Of a stretch of 64,000 nt of DNA, positions 12,080 to 24,880 are shown in pieces. The stretch is from Octopus sinensis. Taxonomy: Eukaryota. The DNA lies in assembly GCF_006345805.1 (NCBI RefSeq), contig NC_043007.1:65286001-65350000 (forward strand). Reading direction: 5' to 3'. Each line of letters begins with the position of its first letter. Within the stretch, counting starts at the first letter, position 1. Below the pieces are notes generated by a model. That model saw only the letters and a list, made by a program, of their open reading frames with translations, was not told where the DNA came from and did no database searches. The position numbers and the translations under genes were made by a program.

Positions 12080-12465
12080 TGAAGGAGCTTTGCTGATGAC
12101 CTTTGCAGGTCCTCGGACACCGGTGGATTTGACGCCGTTCATGTTCCGTTTACACGGTTGCAGGTCAATACCTGCAGGAAAGACAATATTCAGGGAGAAG
12201 ATTCCAGATGGTAGATGCTCTGGGGAAAAACGGTTGGGGATAACGATTAGTGCGGAGCCGAGGGACGTAGTCGCACAAAGTGTGACGAGACGTGGAAAGA
12301 CAAGTGGGCTGGAGATTTTGGACGGTGAGTGGGTGTAGGAGACCAGCCGGCTTTGATGAACATTATAGTAGCAACAGAAAAGACAGTGAGTGGGTAAGAG
12401 GCCAGAGCATGTCTGCGAGTGGTTTAATACGAGTTAGTTTGAGTGATATCCAGGATGGCTCTCAG
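12080..12465 (-). mobile_element. CR1/L2-group LINE, decayed 3' ORF2 fragment
   Basis: Minus translation HTLCDYVPRLRTNRYPQPFFPRASTIWNLLP, frameshift, then VFPAGIDLQP.KRN; matches the FFPR..WN.LP C-terminal motif of CR1-group ORF2. Confidence 0.75.
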
Positions 12466-12479
12466 CATCACTTTACACA

Positions 12480-12555
12480 CACACTCTCTCTACTCTTTCT
12501 CTCTCTCGCACACACACACACACACACACACGGATATAAATATATATATATGTAT

Positions 12556-12622
<67 letters not shown>

Positions 12623-13490
12623 CAGAGAGAGAGAGAGTGACGGACAGACAGACAGACAGACAGAAAGAGAGAGACAAAGAGAAAGAGAAAGACAGATACA
12701 TATTCATACACACATACACACACACACACATTGAAAATATGTTACGAATAATTTTAGTCAGTAAAATGAGCAAAACTCTAAAAAAAACAAAAGAAATGAG
12801 CCAAGGGAAGTAACTCTAATTGGCTAATGGCATAAATTACTTTTCTATTAATATCAGGCGGGTGGGGAAGGTGACGGTACTACAGGTGGTGGATGGTGAT
12901 AGTTGTTGTTTTGATGGTGATGCTGGTGATGCGGCTGATGGTTGTGGTAATAATTGCGGCGCCAGTGATGATTGTGGTGATGGTGGTAGATGTGACTGGT
13001 AGTGGCGGTGGTGTTGGTGGTAGTGATGGAAGCTGGAGTCGCAGTGGTGGTGATGGTGGTGGTGGCGATGGTGGTGATGGTGGAGGTGATGGTGGTGTTG
13101 GTGATGATGGTGGTGGTTGTGGAGGTGATGGTAGTGATGGTGATGGTGGTTGTGGTGGTGATAATGATGGTGGTGGTGGTAATGATACTGCTGCTGGTGG
13201 TGGTGATGAAGATGGTGGTGGTGATGGTTTGTGATGATGATGGTGGCGGTGGTGGCGGTGGTAGTGGCGGCGGTGACGGTGGTGGTGGTGGTGGTGGCGG
13301 CGGTGGCGATGGCGGCAAGTATTGGCGGTGGTTTTCAGCGTGAATCTGATAATGGTACCGATCGCGGTGGTAGTGGTGTTGGTAATGATGAAATAACGAT
13401 GGTAATGATTGTAGTGATGGTGATGATGTTGACGGCGGCGCTCGTGGTACTGGTGTAGAAATTTTTGTTGTTGTTGTTGTTGCTAATGAT
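12480..13490. repeat. (CA)/(GATA)/(CAGA) microsatellites, then GGT/GAT low complexity
   Basis: Seen directly. Confidence 0.9.
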
Positions 13491-13502
13491 CTGATTTTTA
13501 TT

Positions 13503-13600
13503 GTACGAGAGGGTACTGGAGCGTTATAGGCTTTGGCTAAAAGAAAATACGGGAGAGTTAGTTAATTGTAATTTTATTCAACATATTCCTCTCTTAGATA
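13503..13600 (+). mobile_element. Mariner-type MITE, left half running into (CA)n
   Basis: tacgagagggtactgga...aaagaaaatac...ttttattcaacatattcc matches 13780-14023. Confidence 0.7.
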
Positions 13601-13779
13601 CACACACACACCACATACACTCACACACACACATACACTCACACAAAACACACACACTCAAACACACACAAACACACACACAAACTCACACACGCACACA
13701 CACACACATACACTCACACACACACACACAAACACACACACACAAACACACAAACACACAAACACATACACATATATGC

Positions 13780-14023
13780 AAAGAGGGAGTACTGAAAAGT
13801 TCCTGGTTTCGGGTAAAAGAAAAAACGGGATCAGTTAATGAGGATCAGTTAATTATGATTTTATTCAACATATTCTCCCTTCTGAGATTCACACACCTAT
13901 TGCAGCGGTCCTTCTATTTTTTTTCAACCCCCTGTAAAAGAACTCGGAAAGTTGGACCTCCAGCCAGGCCTTTCGTGACACCCTTAAAACCCGGGAACTT
14001 TTCAGCAGCACACCACCCTCGTA
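13780..14023 (+). mobile_element. Mariner-type MITE
   Basis: TIRs gagggagtactgaaaagttcctgg and ccgggaacttttcagca...ccctcgta. Confidence 0.85.
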
Positions 14024-14321
14024 GTTGTGATTATTCTCGTTGCTGTCGCAGGTGTTGTTGTGATGTGCGATGTTGTTTTTGTTATTGTTGATGATGGTGG
14101 TGGTGTTGGCATTGCCTGTAATGATGCAATAGCCGTGAATTAACTCTACAGCAGTAAATGCTGATATTACTGTCAACGTCTATTATAAAAACTATTGATC
14201 ACCATCGCCGCCGTCATCCTCACCATTGCAATTACCATCGATGCTTTATCAATACCACTATGAGCACAAGAACAACAACAAGAGCAGCAGTAGCAGCAGC
14301 AGCAACAACAACAACAACAAC

Positions 14322-14352
<31 letters not shown>

Positions 14353-14742
14353 CCCAACCACCATCACTCTTTACCGGACCCAATACCGAAGAACGAGCGA
14401 CCCGACCCACCAAATTTCGTCAAATATACACCGACCTGTCATAGACATGAAACAGATTGAATCGAATTAAAGTCCTGCTTTCCCTGTACACAGGAAGAAG
14501 ACTCGATGGTTACGGTTGAAAATACCTTTGGCCAGTGATGACCTGCGGCTAAATAGCATTGTCACTCACTGTTACAGCCAAACACTAACATACACTACAA
14601 CCGATGCTACAAACACAACCATCGCTACAATCATGCCCATCACCACATGCTCAACTCTATCCACCACCACCACCACCACACAACAACAACAACAACAACA
14701 ACAACATAACTCCAACCACAACTACTACCAGAACTACCACAA

Positions 14743-15143
14743 GGCGCAGGAGTGGCTGTGTGGTAAGTAGCTTGTTTACCAACCACATGGTTCTGGGTTC
14801 AGTCCCACTGCGTGGCACCTTGGGCAAGTGTCTTCTACTATAGCCTCAGGCCGACCAAAGCCTTGTGAGTGGATTTGGTAGACGGAAACTGAAAGAAGCC
14901 CGTCGTATATATGTATATATGTATATGTATGTGCGTGTATGTTTGTGTGTCTGTGTTTGTCCCCCTAGCATTGCTTGACAATCGATGCTGGTGTGTTTAT
15001 GTCCCCGTCACTTAGCGGTTCGGCAAAAGAGTCCGATAGAATAAGTCCCGGGGATCGAGTTGCTCGATTAAAGGCGGTGCACCAGCATGGCCGCAGTCAA
15101 AATGACTGAAACAAGTAAAAAAGAAAAAGAGAGAAAAAAAAAA
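14743..15143 (+). mobile_element. SINE family A (tRNA-derived), full length
   Basis: A box tggctgtgtggt, B box ggttcagtccc, core caccttgggcaagtgtctt, internal (TA/TG) microsatellite, A-rich tail. Confidence 0.92.
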
Positions 15144-15609
15144 GGTAGACATGTCACATCCACTACAAATTACCGCTATCACATCCGCCACTGTTACAAC
15201 CGAAATTACTATCACTGCAGTTATAACACAACAAGAGCCAAAACAACCAGACATTATTACAATCACTACTAATAGCGCCACCATTTCAACCATCGCAACT
15301 GCTACCACCAACATCGTCATCGCAAACATAACCACACAACTACCACAGCAGCTTTCACAACTACAGCCTACGCAACAACCAGAGTCATATACCACTACAA
15401 CCTCTCCAACTGCAATTCACAACGAACACAACAAGCGCAGTTACTACATTAAACACAACCCCTACCGCCGGCGCCACCGCCACCGCCACCGCCACCACCA
15501 CCACCACCGCCGCCACCACCACTACCACCACCACCACAGTAATGGCAGTGACGATGCGGACGTGATCTATTTGTGTTGTCTTACGGTGTACAGGTGGGCG
15601 TTATTGTTG

Positions 15610-15810
15610 CTGCATTAATCCCAGGTCAACCCTGATTAAGCTGACCTAGGATCAAATGCTCATGGACCTCCATGATTATTTCCTGTGTACAGGGAATCAG
15701 CTCAGGACCGAGCAATCCAGCACATTCTATTCTGAGACATGTAAAGCGTGAACTGAGGTAAATGTAGACTGCTATTTCTAGCAAGTCGAGTGACTGCACA
15801 GAGGCTTTCA
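15610..15810 (-). mobile_element. Dispersed repeat family D
   Basis: Same conserved ends as 11125-11295. Confidence 0.55.
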
Positions 15811-16713
15811 CGCTGACGAGTGCTAAGGTGGTAGAGCAGGTTTGTGGATGGTTAAAGCGACGTTAAAATTATCGACATTGTCAATGAAACTATTGACGTC
15901 ATCAAAGTTGCTATTCACGTAGTTGATGGCGATATTTATGGCGGTGGCGGCGTCGGCGGCGGCGGTGGCGATTGCGGTGATGATGATCGTGTCAGTAATG
16001 GCGGTGGAGAGGGTTGTGGTAATGGTGACGGTGGTGGTGACTAAGGTGGATATGGTTGTTGTTGTTGTTGTGGTTGTGGTGACGGCGGAGGTGGTGGCGG
16101 CGACAGTGGTCACGGTGGTGAGGGTTGTGGTGATGTGATGTGATGTAGGTTGTGGTGGTGGGTAGAGGTGGTGGGAGAGTGTTGACGATGATGGCTCGGG
16201 TGGCTGAGTTTTGTTGTGGTGGAGATAGTGGTGAAGGTGGTGGAAATGGGTTTGGTAAAAGTGGCGGTTGTGTTGATGCTGTTGTTGTTATAGACTTTAA
16301 TGGTGAGGTTATCACAGGTGACAGTGGTGGAGGGGATGACGATGTTAGATTACTGGTGGTAGTTTTATTTTGCGGGTGATAAGTTATACCGCTGTTGATG
16401 AGGTCGGTCATTTTGTTGCTAGTGTTATTGTTGTTGTTCTCTACAACAGATCGGCTTAATCGGGGGCTCAACTGTCTCCAACAACATTTAAACTACGACC
16501 TTCTCATCAGTTTATAATTTCTTGATTAACTTACGCAATGTGACTATTTTTTTAAAGAAAGCTGGATGCAATATGATGTAAATTTAGCTGCTATTTCGAG
16601 TAGAGAGTTATTTAGACAACAGTGTTGTTGCTATTATTAGAGCCTTCGAGACTAAGGTAAACTTGATTAAAGAGACCGAGGATCAAACGTATTGCAACAG
16701 CAATTATCGAACC

Positions 16714-16967
16714 TAGTGGTTCTCAACTGGGGTCCATATGTCTCTTGGGGGTCCAGACAAGATTTTGTTAAAATTTATCGGCAATAAACCGATTATACAT
16801 CTACAATACACAAAATATTTCAATTATATTTTTTTTATGCAATTCCTAATAATACTTGATTATAAAAATATGATAGGGTTTTTTAAACATCGAATGGCTC
16901 TGAGGGTCCATCAGAATAGAATAGGAATCAAAGGAGTCCTTAAATAAAAATTAGTTGAGATCTACTG
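16714..16967. mobile_element. hAT-type MITE
   Basis: TIR (t)agtggttctcaact and agttgagatctactg, similar to hAT-Charlie CAGTGGTTCTCAAC; 8-bp flanks atcgaacc and atctacac match at only 5 of 8 positions. Confidence 0.6.
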
Positions 16968-17002
16968 ATCTACACATTGCATTACTTTACATCACATTAC
17001 AC

Positions 17003-17219
17003 TATGAGGGGTGCTGAAAAGTTCCTGGTTTTGGGTAAAAGAAAATACAAGAGGATCAGTTACTTGTGATTTTATTCAACAGGTTGCTCTCTCGGATTCA
17101 CTCACATATTGCAGCGATCCTTCAGTTTTCCTAAGCCCTGTAAAAGAACTGGGAAGGTTGGGCTTCCGGCTAGGCCTCTCGCGATACCCTTAAAGCCAGG
17201 AACTTTTGAGCACCCTCTA
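17003..17219 (+). mobile_element. Mariner-type MITE
   Basis: TIRs gaggggtgctgaaaagttcctgg and ccaggaacttttgagcaccctc. Confidence 0.88.
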
Positions 17220-17220
17220 G

Positions 17221-17347
17221 TGTGTATGTATATACATACAGACATACGTACATACATACACACATACATACATACATACATGCATACATATATACATACA
17301 TACATATATATATATATATATTATATATATATATATGTGTGTGTGTG

Positions 17348-17392
<45 letters not shown>

Positions 17393-17429
17393 GTATATAT
17401 ATATATGTATGTATATATGTATGTATATG

Positions 17430-17497
<68 letters not shown>

Positions 17498-17540
17498 TAT
17501 ATAATCATACATACATACGTACACACACAGAGGCACACAC
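17221..17540. repeat. Compound (CATA)n/(TA)n microsatellite
   Basis: Seen directly. Confidence 0.96.
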
Positions 17541-17544
17541 TCAC

Positions 17545-17761
17545 CAGGGAGTACTGAAAAGTTATTGGCTTTGGCTAAAAGAAAATATAGGAGGATCAGT
17601 TAATTATGATTTTATTCAACAGGTTCCCCTCTCAGATTCACACACTTATTGCCGCGGTTCTTCAGTTTTCTAAGCCCTGTAAAAGAACTCGGAAAGTCAG
17701 GTCTCCAACCAAGCTTTTCGCGACACCCTTAAAGCCAGGAACTTTTCAGCACCTTTCCGTA
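17545..17761 (+). mobile_element. Mariner-type MITE
   Basis: Colinear with 17003-17219. Confidence 0.86.
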
Positions 17762-17779
17762 GTTTTCTAGAAGTAGCAA

Positions 17780-18045
17780 AAATGTAATGCAGTACAGTGT
17801 AATGTTATGTAATGTATTAAAGAGAATTGTTGTGTACTGTGAAGTGTTGTGTAATATAGTATAAGATAGCGTAATGTAATATATTATAATGTAATATAGT
17901 GTGACATGGTGTAATATTGTGGTGCATATAATAAAGGTTAGTATAATGTAGTGAAAGTAATGCAGAATAATTGAACGTAGTGTAGCATAATGTAATGTAC
18001 AATAATATAATACTGTGTAACCCAGTGTAACATAGAGTAGGGTCG
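17780..18045. repeat. Degenerate 5-bp repeat, (GTAAT)n-like
   Basis: tgtaatgcagtacagtgtaatgttatgtaat... shows 5-nt periodicity. Confidence 0.75.
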
Positions 18046-18136
18046 TGTATTGTTCACTGTTCAAAAGAAGTCGATAAACGAAGTACAAGTCAAACTCTGA
18101 TATAGACTACTCTCCTCCCTCCTCACTCTCTCTCTC

Positions 18137-18179
<43 letters not shown>

Positions 18180-18403
18180 TCTTCTCTTCCGAAATCTGCA
18201 TCGATGCACTGTGACCAGTGAGATAACAAGATTAAAACATTTGAATTTGCTGTTATCGTTGCGTTGCAATTGCCGCCGTCGACGCTGTCGTTGTCTGCTG
18301 CTGTTTAACTCCTGCTCAGACATATAATCAAGGATCTGGTTGTATTCGCCAAGTGGCTACGCAATGGATCCCTCATTTTGAAGACAATAGAGCATGATAT
18401 ATA

Positions 18404-18453
<50 letters not shown>

Positions 18454-18514
18454 CTGCTATTTCTGGGTAAGTCAAGTGAACATTTACATGCTTTCTCATT
18501 AATTTATTCTTTTA

Positions 18515-18713
18515 TTCTTTCACTTTTTTCAGTAATTTAACTGCGGCCATCCTGGAGCACCACCTTGAAGGGTTTTTTAGTCGAACAAATCGACCCCACG
18601 ACTTATTTCTTAAGCTTGGTAATTATTCTACAGTTTTTTGCCGAACCGCTAAGTTACGGGGACGTATATTCACTACCGCCGATTGCGAAACAGTTATAGG
18701 AGAGAAACACAGA

Positions 18714-18720
<7 letters not shown>
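18515..18720 (-). mobile_element. SINE family A, 3' half
   Basis: ccgaaccgctaagttacggggacgt core. Confidence 0.8.
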
Positions 18721-18754
<34 letters not shown>

Positions 18755-18904
18755 TATATTATTAAAAGTCAGGGTACAATATGCACCTGCTTGCTAAAAA
18801 GAAGTGTTAAACTCTCCAAAGCTACGCATTTTGCCTATTTTGGTTATGTTTGCTGACTGCTTCATCATTATATTTTTTAAAGATAATGATAACTTATTTG
18901 AATT

Positions 18905-19041
18905 GTGTGTGTGTGTGTGTGTGTTTCCTTCAACCAAATCCACTCACAAAACTTTGGTCAGGCCTAGGCTATAGTAGAAGACCGAACCCTGTACCATATG
19001 GCTGGGAAGCAAGCTTCTTACCACACAGCCACGTCTGCGCC
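18905..19041 (-). mobile_element. SINE family A, 5' half
   Basis: aaatccactcacaa.actttggtc...cttaccacacagccac.tctgcgcc. Confidence 0.8.
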
Positions 19042-19949
19042 TAATTATGAATTTTGTGGATTTTGAAGAGGTTCAAAATCATGATATTAATCTCCATATA
19101 TTTCACCAAACTGCTTACCCATCTATCTGACTACCTTTTACCTACTTTATGACCTATCTTGTAATTTATTCTACCTTTTCATTATTATAGCCTTTAACGC
19201 TATTTCGTACTCTTATGTCGCGTCGACGCCATATAATCCATCATAACTCCTTACCTGTATATCATCATCATCCGGTCAGGTGATATAACTCCCGGAATAA
19301 TGTAACTCTTCTACGCCAGCCGTCCCGATCGAACGAAGAGGTATGAATGTCTAACCTGAGCTTTAGTCAAAGTGGTCTTTCGCTTGCTGAAATATCTCAT
19401 CTACACGCATCACGACTACAGTTGTTAGCAACAGGTCGCTAACTGAACTGACTGATGTGGCCGTTGAAAGTTTGTTGTCTGTTCATCCACTCAGGATCCA
19501 GTGATATTCGCCACATAATATTTCTTCCTTTCGTAATATTTTCTCTTGTCTGTGTCTCTCTCTTTCTTCCATCTATTGGTAATCCTTTAAAAAAATAATT
19601 TTGATTAACTGAAATATGAAGTCAAATAAATGCACCAGATGCGAGTTCAAATTACAATAGAGAAAAAATAAAATTTCCCTTATTGCTAGTGTTTCTCTGT
19701 ATATGAATGAAAACGTAATTGTAAAGTTTAAGAGAAACTGAAGAAATATGAATTTAAATATAAATGCAATTGGCTGGTAAATGAAATATGCAAGTGGTTT
19801 CACAAATGTGAGAGCTCAGTGTCTAATTCGAGTGCACAAGAAAATATGAAAATGAAACATAAAAGAGGGAGCGAGAGAAAAGGATAACTAAACGAATATG
19901 ATATAGAAAGTCATAGTCTACATAAAGAATAGTTATGTCACAAGTTTCA

Positions 19950-20520
19950 AGTTTCGTTGGTGTATGAGCTCATATTGGGTTTTCAAATAGGCGTTGATGA
20001 AAACAGTGGGACCACTATATAGACACATTTCAACGCATCTGAATGCAAAGAATACGCTGTCATCGTGGATGGAGAGCCATATTGCAAAATGAGACATCAT
20101 TCTGAAGTACAAAAACAAACTCTGTCAAAATGCAAATGAGATACATCGATTCTATAATCTACAGCAACATCCTCTGTTTTATGTTAATGATGAAAGTTGG
20201 TACCATTTCGAATTATCACAGGCCTGATAAAATTCTTGTCTTTATACTTATTACTTCACGGTTTGAACAATTTATTCAAAAGCCTGAATCGACATTAAAC
20301 TCTTCCCCACAAGTTAACATTCAACATACATGCTAAGATGGAATCTGAGAGATTGTATTACATTAGAACTAATTTAAGAAGAAGGTGAGGGTCGACTCTT
20401 ATGTGCATTTAAGGGAGGCAATCGACAAAGATGGAGATGGTGGAAAGAACGGTCAGCTTTGTATTCTTCTTTCAAATGTTACTGGTAACCTTCGATACAT
20501 GCACGAACAAATACACTCTT
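19950..20520 (+). pseudogene. Helitron RepHel, Rep-region fragment
   Basis: HFNASECKEYAVIVDGE / RDIILKYKN..ANEIHRFYNLQQHPLFYVNDESWYHFEL / MESERLYYIRTN / VRVDSYVHLREAI..G..G.LCILLSNVTGNLRYM; matches the Helitron ESERL.YIR..Q..LR.D.Y.HL.DA and ILP...GSPRYM motifs. Confidence 0.88.
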
Positions 20521-20679
20521 CATTACTTTCATGTGTAACTCAAAAACGGAAAGGGATTCAGAAAGAGCATATTTCTAAGTCAAACGTACATTCACAGGTA
20601 TGATCTCACAGCCAGAGTGTTTGTCATTTAATGCTAGTAAAGGTTATGGATTTGGCTTGTCATATGCACAATGGTACGC

Positions 20680-21990
20680 TAAAGAACTCGGGAGGCCCTT
20701 AATAGGATATAATAAGATTTGCGAGATACACCTCAAATAGAAAGGGGAGCATCAATTTTGTCAGTTGACTTCCTTCACACTCTGCCGGTAATCCCCAAAG
20801 GAACAAAAGTCGATGAAATTTGGTCGTGTGTTAAATCGTTACCGCTTTGGATCATCATTAAAATCTTTAAACAGTTTACAAATATGTAGGCCCATTTTTA
20901 GAAAATCAGCTAATTGGTCATTTTGTTAAAAAATTGTTACAAATTGAAATGAGCGATTTTCTGTTGACAGTAATGGTACAATTAACCTAACTCCTGTAAA
21001 CACTGCGGTAAAGACAGTAGACGAATTTATATCGAAGCTGCTCTCTAAGCTACAACATCATTATGTGACATAGTAACTGTGCAAAGGAGCTACACTTACG
21101 TGTAACTCGACAGCATCAACGTGTAGCTGACGCAGTCACAGAAACAAGTCCAACCTACGAATCCATTGAAATTATTATGGATCGAGAAGTGCTTCGCTAT
21201 CCTAGTATATTTTTGAAAAAAAAACTTGAAACCTTCAGGTCTAACACCGTATAAACTTACATCTAGAAAAATAAATCCTTCCTAACCCCGCTGCGTAATA
21301 TAGACCAGCCGCGATTTTGCAATGTCACAAGCGGACTAATGGTTAAAAAGTTATGCCACATGTCTTCGAGAATACTATTCTTACAAGATGCACCAAATTA
21401 AAGGATGCTATTATAATTTACAATTCATTTTTTACCACAAGATGTCTCATTTCGATTGAGTAGACTTGATTTTCAAGTAGGTGTAAAATTTTCCACCTCA
21501 TTCCATCAGACTTAATTGTGAACATTAACAGTTATGCGCAGGTGTGGCTGTGTGGTAAGAAGCTTGCTTCCAACCACATGGTTCTGGGTTCAGTCCCACT
21601 GCGCAGAACCTGCAAGTGTCGTCTACTATAGCCTCGCGCCGACCAAAGCCTTGTGAGTGGATTTGGTTGACGGAAACTCAAAGAAGCCCGTCGTATACAT
21701 ATATGTATGTGTATGTATGTGTTCGTGTGTGTGTCTATGTTTTTTCCTCATCATTGCTTGACAACCGATTTTGGCGTGTTTACGTCCCCGTAACTCAGCG
21801 GTTCGGTAAAAGAGACCAATAGAATAAGTACTAAGCTTACAAAGAATATGTACTGGAGTCGAGACCTTGAACTAAAACCCTTTAAGGCGGTGCTCCAGCA
21901 TGTTGTTCAAGAGTTGGAAACCCTCAAAACCAATGTAAATCTCAGGTGGCAAAAACGATAGCGTTGTGCATCCTGAGGTGCTGAAATTCT
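20680..21990 (+). pseudogene. Helitron RepHel, PIF1-like helicase fragment, interrupted by a SINE
   Basis: REALNR..DLRD....GASILSVDFLHTLPVIPKGT; YESIEIIMD..LRYPSIFL..LEPSGLTPYKLT; LRNIDQPRFCN; CSRVGNP; GKNDSVVHPEVL. Many stops and frameshifts. Confidence 0.85.
21536..21903 (+). mobile_element. SINE family A inserted in the Helitron
   Basis: Colinear with 14743-15143. Confidence 0.9.
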
Positions 21991-22519
21991 GAGATGCTAC
22001 ACAGAATTTTGAAGGCGAATATCATATAAACTGAGTCTCCTTGCTATTCTCAATATATTTCTTTATCACCACATGTATTGCAGTTCCAATTTTGATATGA
22101 ATGTTTTTTTCCCTTGTGTCCTTCGCCTACCAACACTTCAGTTCCATTCATTTTTCAATTTTCGTTTAGAATTTTAGAATTACGAGAAAAGGAAAATATT
22201 ACCTCCAATGATAGTTAAAAATGAAATAAAACTGTTTACACTTTAATTTTATCCCTGCATTATTATTTATAGAATGCTCGAATAGGTTATTTGCAGTTAT
22301 ACAATTAAATTATAAAATAAGTTATTAACACCGTCATTGAATGTGTACCACAATACATTAAACACTGAACAGCTAATTACATAGAAAACAATTTCATTTC
22401 TTACTTGAATGATAACTTTTTGAAGAGAAATCCAATAGTGTCCTATTATGCAGATACTATTTTCATACCGAACAATCCTAGGCCATTTATAGCTACTTTT
22501 TAGCTTGAGTGATGCCGAG

Positions 22520-22520
22520 C

Positions 22521-22555
<35 letters not shown>

Positions 22556-22610
22556 TGTATGTATGTATGTATGTATGTATGTATGTATGTATGCATGCAT
22601 GTATATATAA
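22520..22610. repeat. (TATG)n microsatellite
   Basis: Seen directly. Confidence 0.97.
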
Positions 22611-23043
22611 ACAAATTGGTAGATAGTTATGTTAGTATCACGTATGATTGGCGTATATTATTTATGATAACTTTAGGATGACTGCATAGTTTATATGATT
22701 AAATATTTCATTTTATTTGTTATTAAGATAAAGTAATGAATTGTTCAAATTTCAGATGACATCCGAGAAATTTGTTACTGTAGTATTTTGATCGGTTGTT
22801 ATTTGAAAAAGACGCTGTTCAAAATCGAATGTAGATCCTGTCTTATTCCTTCGTATTTTGTAAGACAAAATTCTTCAGTAACATGAGCTCGTAGTCTTTA
22901 TATAAACCTCCTTTTATCAAATGCAGCTATTCTTTTAGCTTTGACACTCGATACAAATCCACCATATCACTAATCCTGGTTATTCGAAAGCTCACATAGT
23001 AACGTCGAATGTGATTGGTAACGATCATTATCGATATTCATAA

Positions 23044-23256
23044 GGCGGGTATCTGGCAGAATCGTTAGCACACCAGGCCAAATGCTTAGCGGTATTTCGT
23101 CTGCCGCTACGTACTGAGTTCAAATTCCCTCAGGGTCGACTTTACTTTTCATCCTTTCGGATTCGATAAAAAAAAGTGCCAGTCAAGTACTAGGGTCGTT
23201 GTAATCGGCTTAACCCCTCTCTCAAAACTGCTGGTCTTGTGCCAAAATTTGAAACC
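23044..23256 (+). mobile_element. SINE family B, full length
   Basis: A-box-like tggcagaatcgtt, B box gagttcaaattcc, core and tail. Confidence 0.88.
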
Positions 23257-23289
23257 ATTATTAGCTATATTTAGTTATTACATTATTTA

Positions 23290-23400
23290 CATTAGACGGA
23301 TATTTGTACTCATCTTGTTTGTTGTTAACACAACGTTTTGGCTGATATACCCTCCAGCCTTCATCAGGTGTCTTTGGGAAATTTCGAACCTGGGTTCTCA
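23290..23400 (-). mobile_element. PLE terminal-repeat fragment with minimal hammerhead (23328-23371)
   Basis: Minus: ACAC-CUGAUGA-A-GGCUG-(10 nt)-CAGCC-AAAA-CGUU^GUGU; G12 of GAAA is mutated at 23339. Confidence 0.7.
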
Positions 23401-23484
23401 GACCGTGACTTAAAGATGTTTTTGTTGAATATGATTTGTTGAAAAAAAAAGCTGCAATAAATTATGCACCAACCCAATAATAGT
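23400..23484 (-). mobile_element. Mariner TIR fragment
   Basis: Minus tattgggttggtgcataatt resembles mariner TIRs. Confidence 0.45.
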
Positions 23485-23489
23485 TCTAA

Positions 23490-24880
23490 CATTCGCTTAG
23501 AGCATCCATGAAGAAATTTATAGATTCTAGTTACAGATGTATAGTACCTTTGTATGTTGAAATGTAGAACGTTGCACAGTTGCTTTCTGCGAGTAGATTT
23601 CATTCTATTATGGTATTGATGTTATTCCAAAGTGCTGCGGAAATGTTCCAGTACGTATTTAGTAATTTTGACGATGTCTGTTATGGTTGTACTTTTGATT
23701 ATGTTTATATTAATACTCTGCTCTATTTGTGATAGGGATAAAATAACAAATTGTTGAAATCTAGGGTTTCATCGAATAATTTTACTATTATAATACTGTG
23801 TTCGGTTATTTTAAATCTATAATGAAGGTGGGGGTGGGGGAACGGATGTTTATCTTCTCTTATTATTTTAAGCGAATAGATGGATTCTGTTGGAAGTTTG
23901 TTCTCCGATTTTTAAAAGTACAGTAAGATTATTTCGGAATGAAAATGTCCGTTCCTCTTGCTATATAATCAATTCAGATGTTACTACTTTTGTTATTTTT
24001 TTTTATCTCATTAAGTGTGATCCACCCTACATTTCCATATGTGTTGATCATAAAATTTGCAATGTGTCTTTAGTATGACTATCAATAACATATAGGTCTT
24101 TATGGTGTCTAATTGGATGTATAATTCTTATTATTTTAAGCGAATAGATGGACTCTGTTAGAAGTTTGTTCTCCGATTTTTAAAAGTGCAGTAAGATTAT
24201 TTCGGAATGAAAATGTCCGTTGCTCCTACTATATAATCAATTCAGATGTTACTATTTTTGGTTTTTATATCTCATTAAGTGTGATCCATCCTACATTTCC
24301 ATATGTGTCGATCATAAAAATTGCAATATGCCTTTAGAATGACTATCAATAACATATAGGTCTTTATGGTGTCTAATTGGATGTATAATTAGTGGCGGTT
24401 TTCTGTTTAATTTTTTCTGGGAATTATTACTGATCTATATTTTATCCTCAAATTGTTGTAGCAAAATATTGATAAACAGGAACTTGTTAGATTCAAATTC
24501 ATATTTCTATTTCTTGTTTAAATTATCTTGGTGAGCAAAAATATATGCTCACTTTCATGGTCATCAAATGAAGCTGAATGATTTTTTAAATAAGGTTTTT
24601 AAATAGTCTTTTTTATACATGGGTATGTTTTACTAAACATATTAATTTGTAGATTCGGCACTTTTGTTTGGCAGCAGCGGTTAAAAACTCAGCAATGCAG
24701 GTGGTTACTCAAACTAGCAGTGTATTATGTAAAGTACTATTCCATTGTTATTCAAAGACTGTTCCATTGTTATTCAAATATACTGATACGCATTCACAAC
24801 TATTTAACGATATACCTATTGTTCCTGCATCTAAAATTAAATTGATTTGACGATACGAACGTGAACATTTGTCTTCAATA
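23490..24880 (-). pseudogene. Penelope-like element RT, N-terminal fragment
   Basis: Minus: YCTFKNRRTNF.QSPSIRL (compare LKDHK.NF..P..RL), ALWNNINTIIE, LHFNIQRYYTSVT (compare FDI..FYPSI). Highly decayed. Confidence 0.65.
23858..24390. repeat. Tandem duplication, period about 268 bp
   Basis: 23858-24125 matches 24126-24390 with scattered substitutions. Confidence 0.92.

Larger units (their letters stand above)
14200..16470. repeat. Trinucleotide low-complexity domain (CAA/ACC, then GGT/GTT), interrupted by SINEs
   Basis: Seen directly. Confidence 0.85.
19930..22497 (+). mobile_element. Decayed, internally deleted autonomous Helitron
   Basis: Rep and helicase fragments are colinear; a degenerate 3' end ccgaacaatcctaggccatttatagctact at 22468-22497 resembles the intact Helitron ends. 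Boundaries are approximate. Confidence 0.7.

Noticed and set aside
14530-14620. C/D-box snoRNA (GTGATGA)
   Set aside because: No D box (CTGA) or terminal stem at a suitable distance.
19260-19520. Possible exon or RTE 3' end (MWRISLDPEW..., DRDGWRRRV)
   Set aside because: All frames have stops and the similarity is too short to support.
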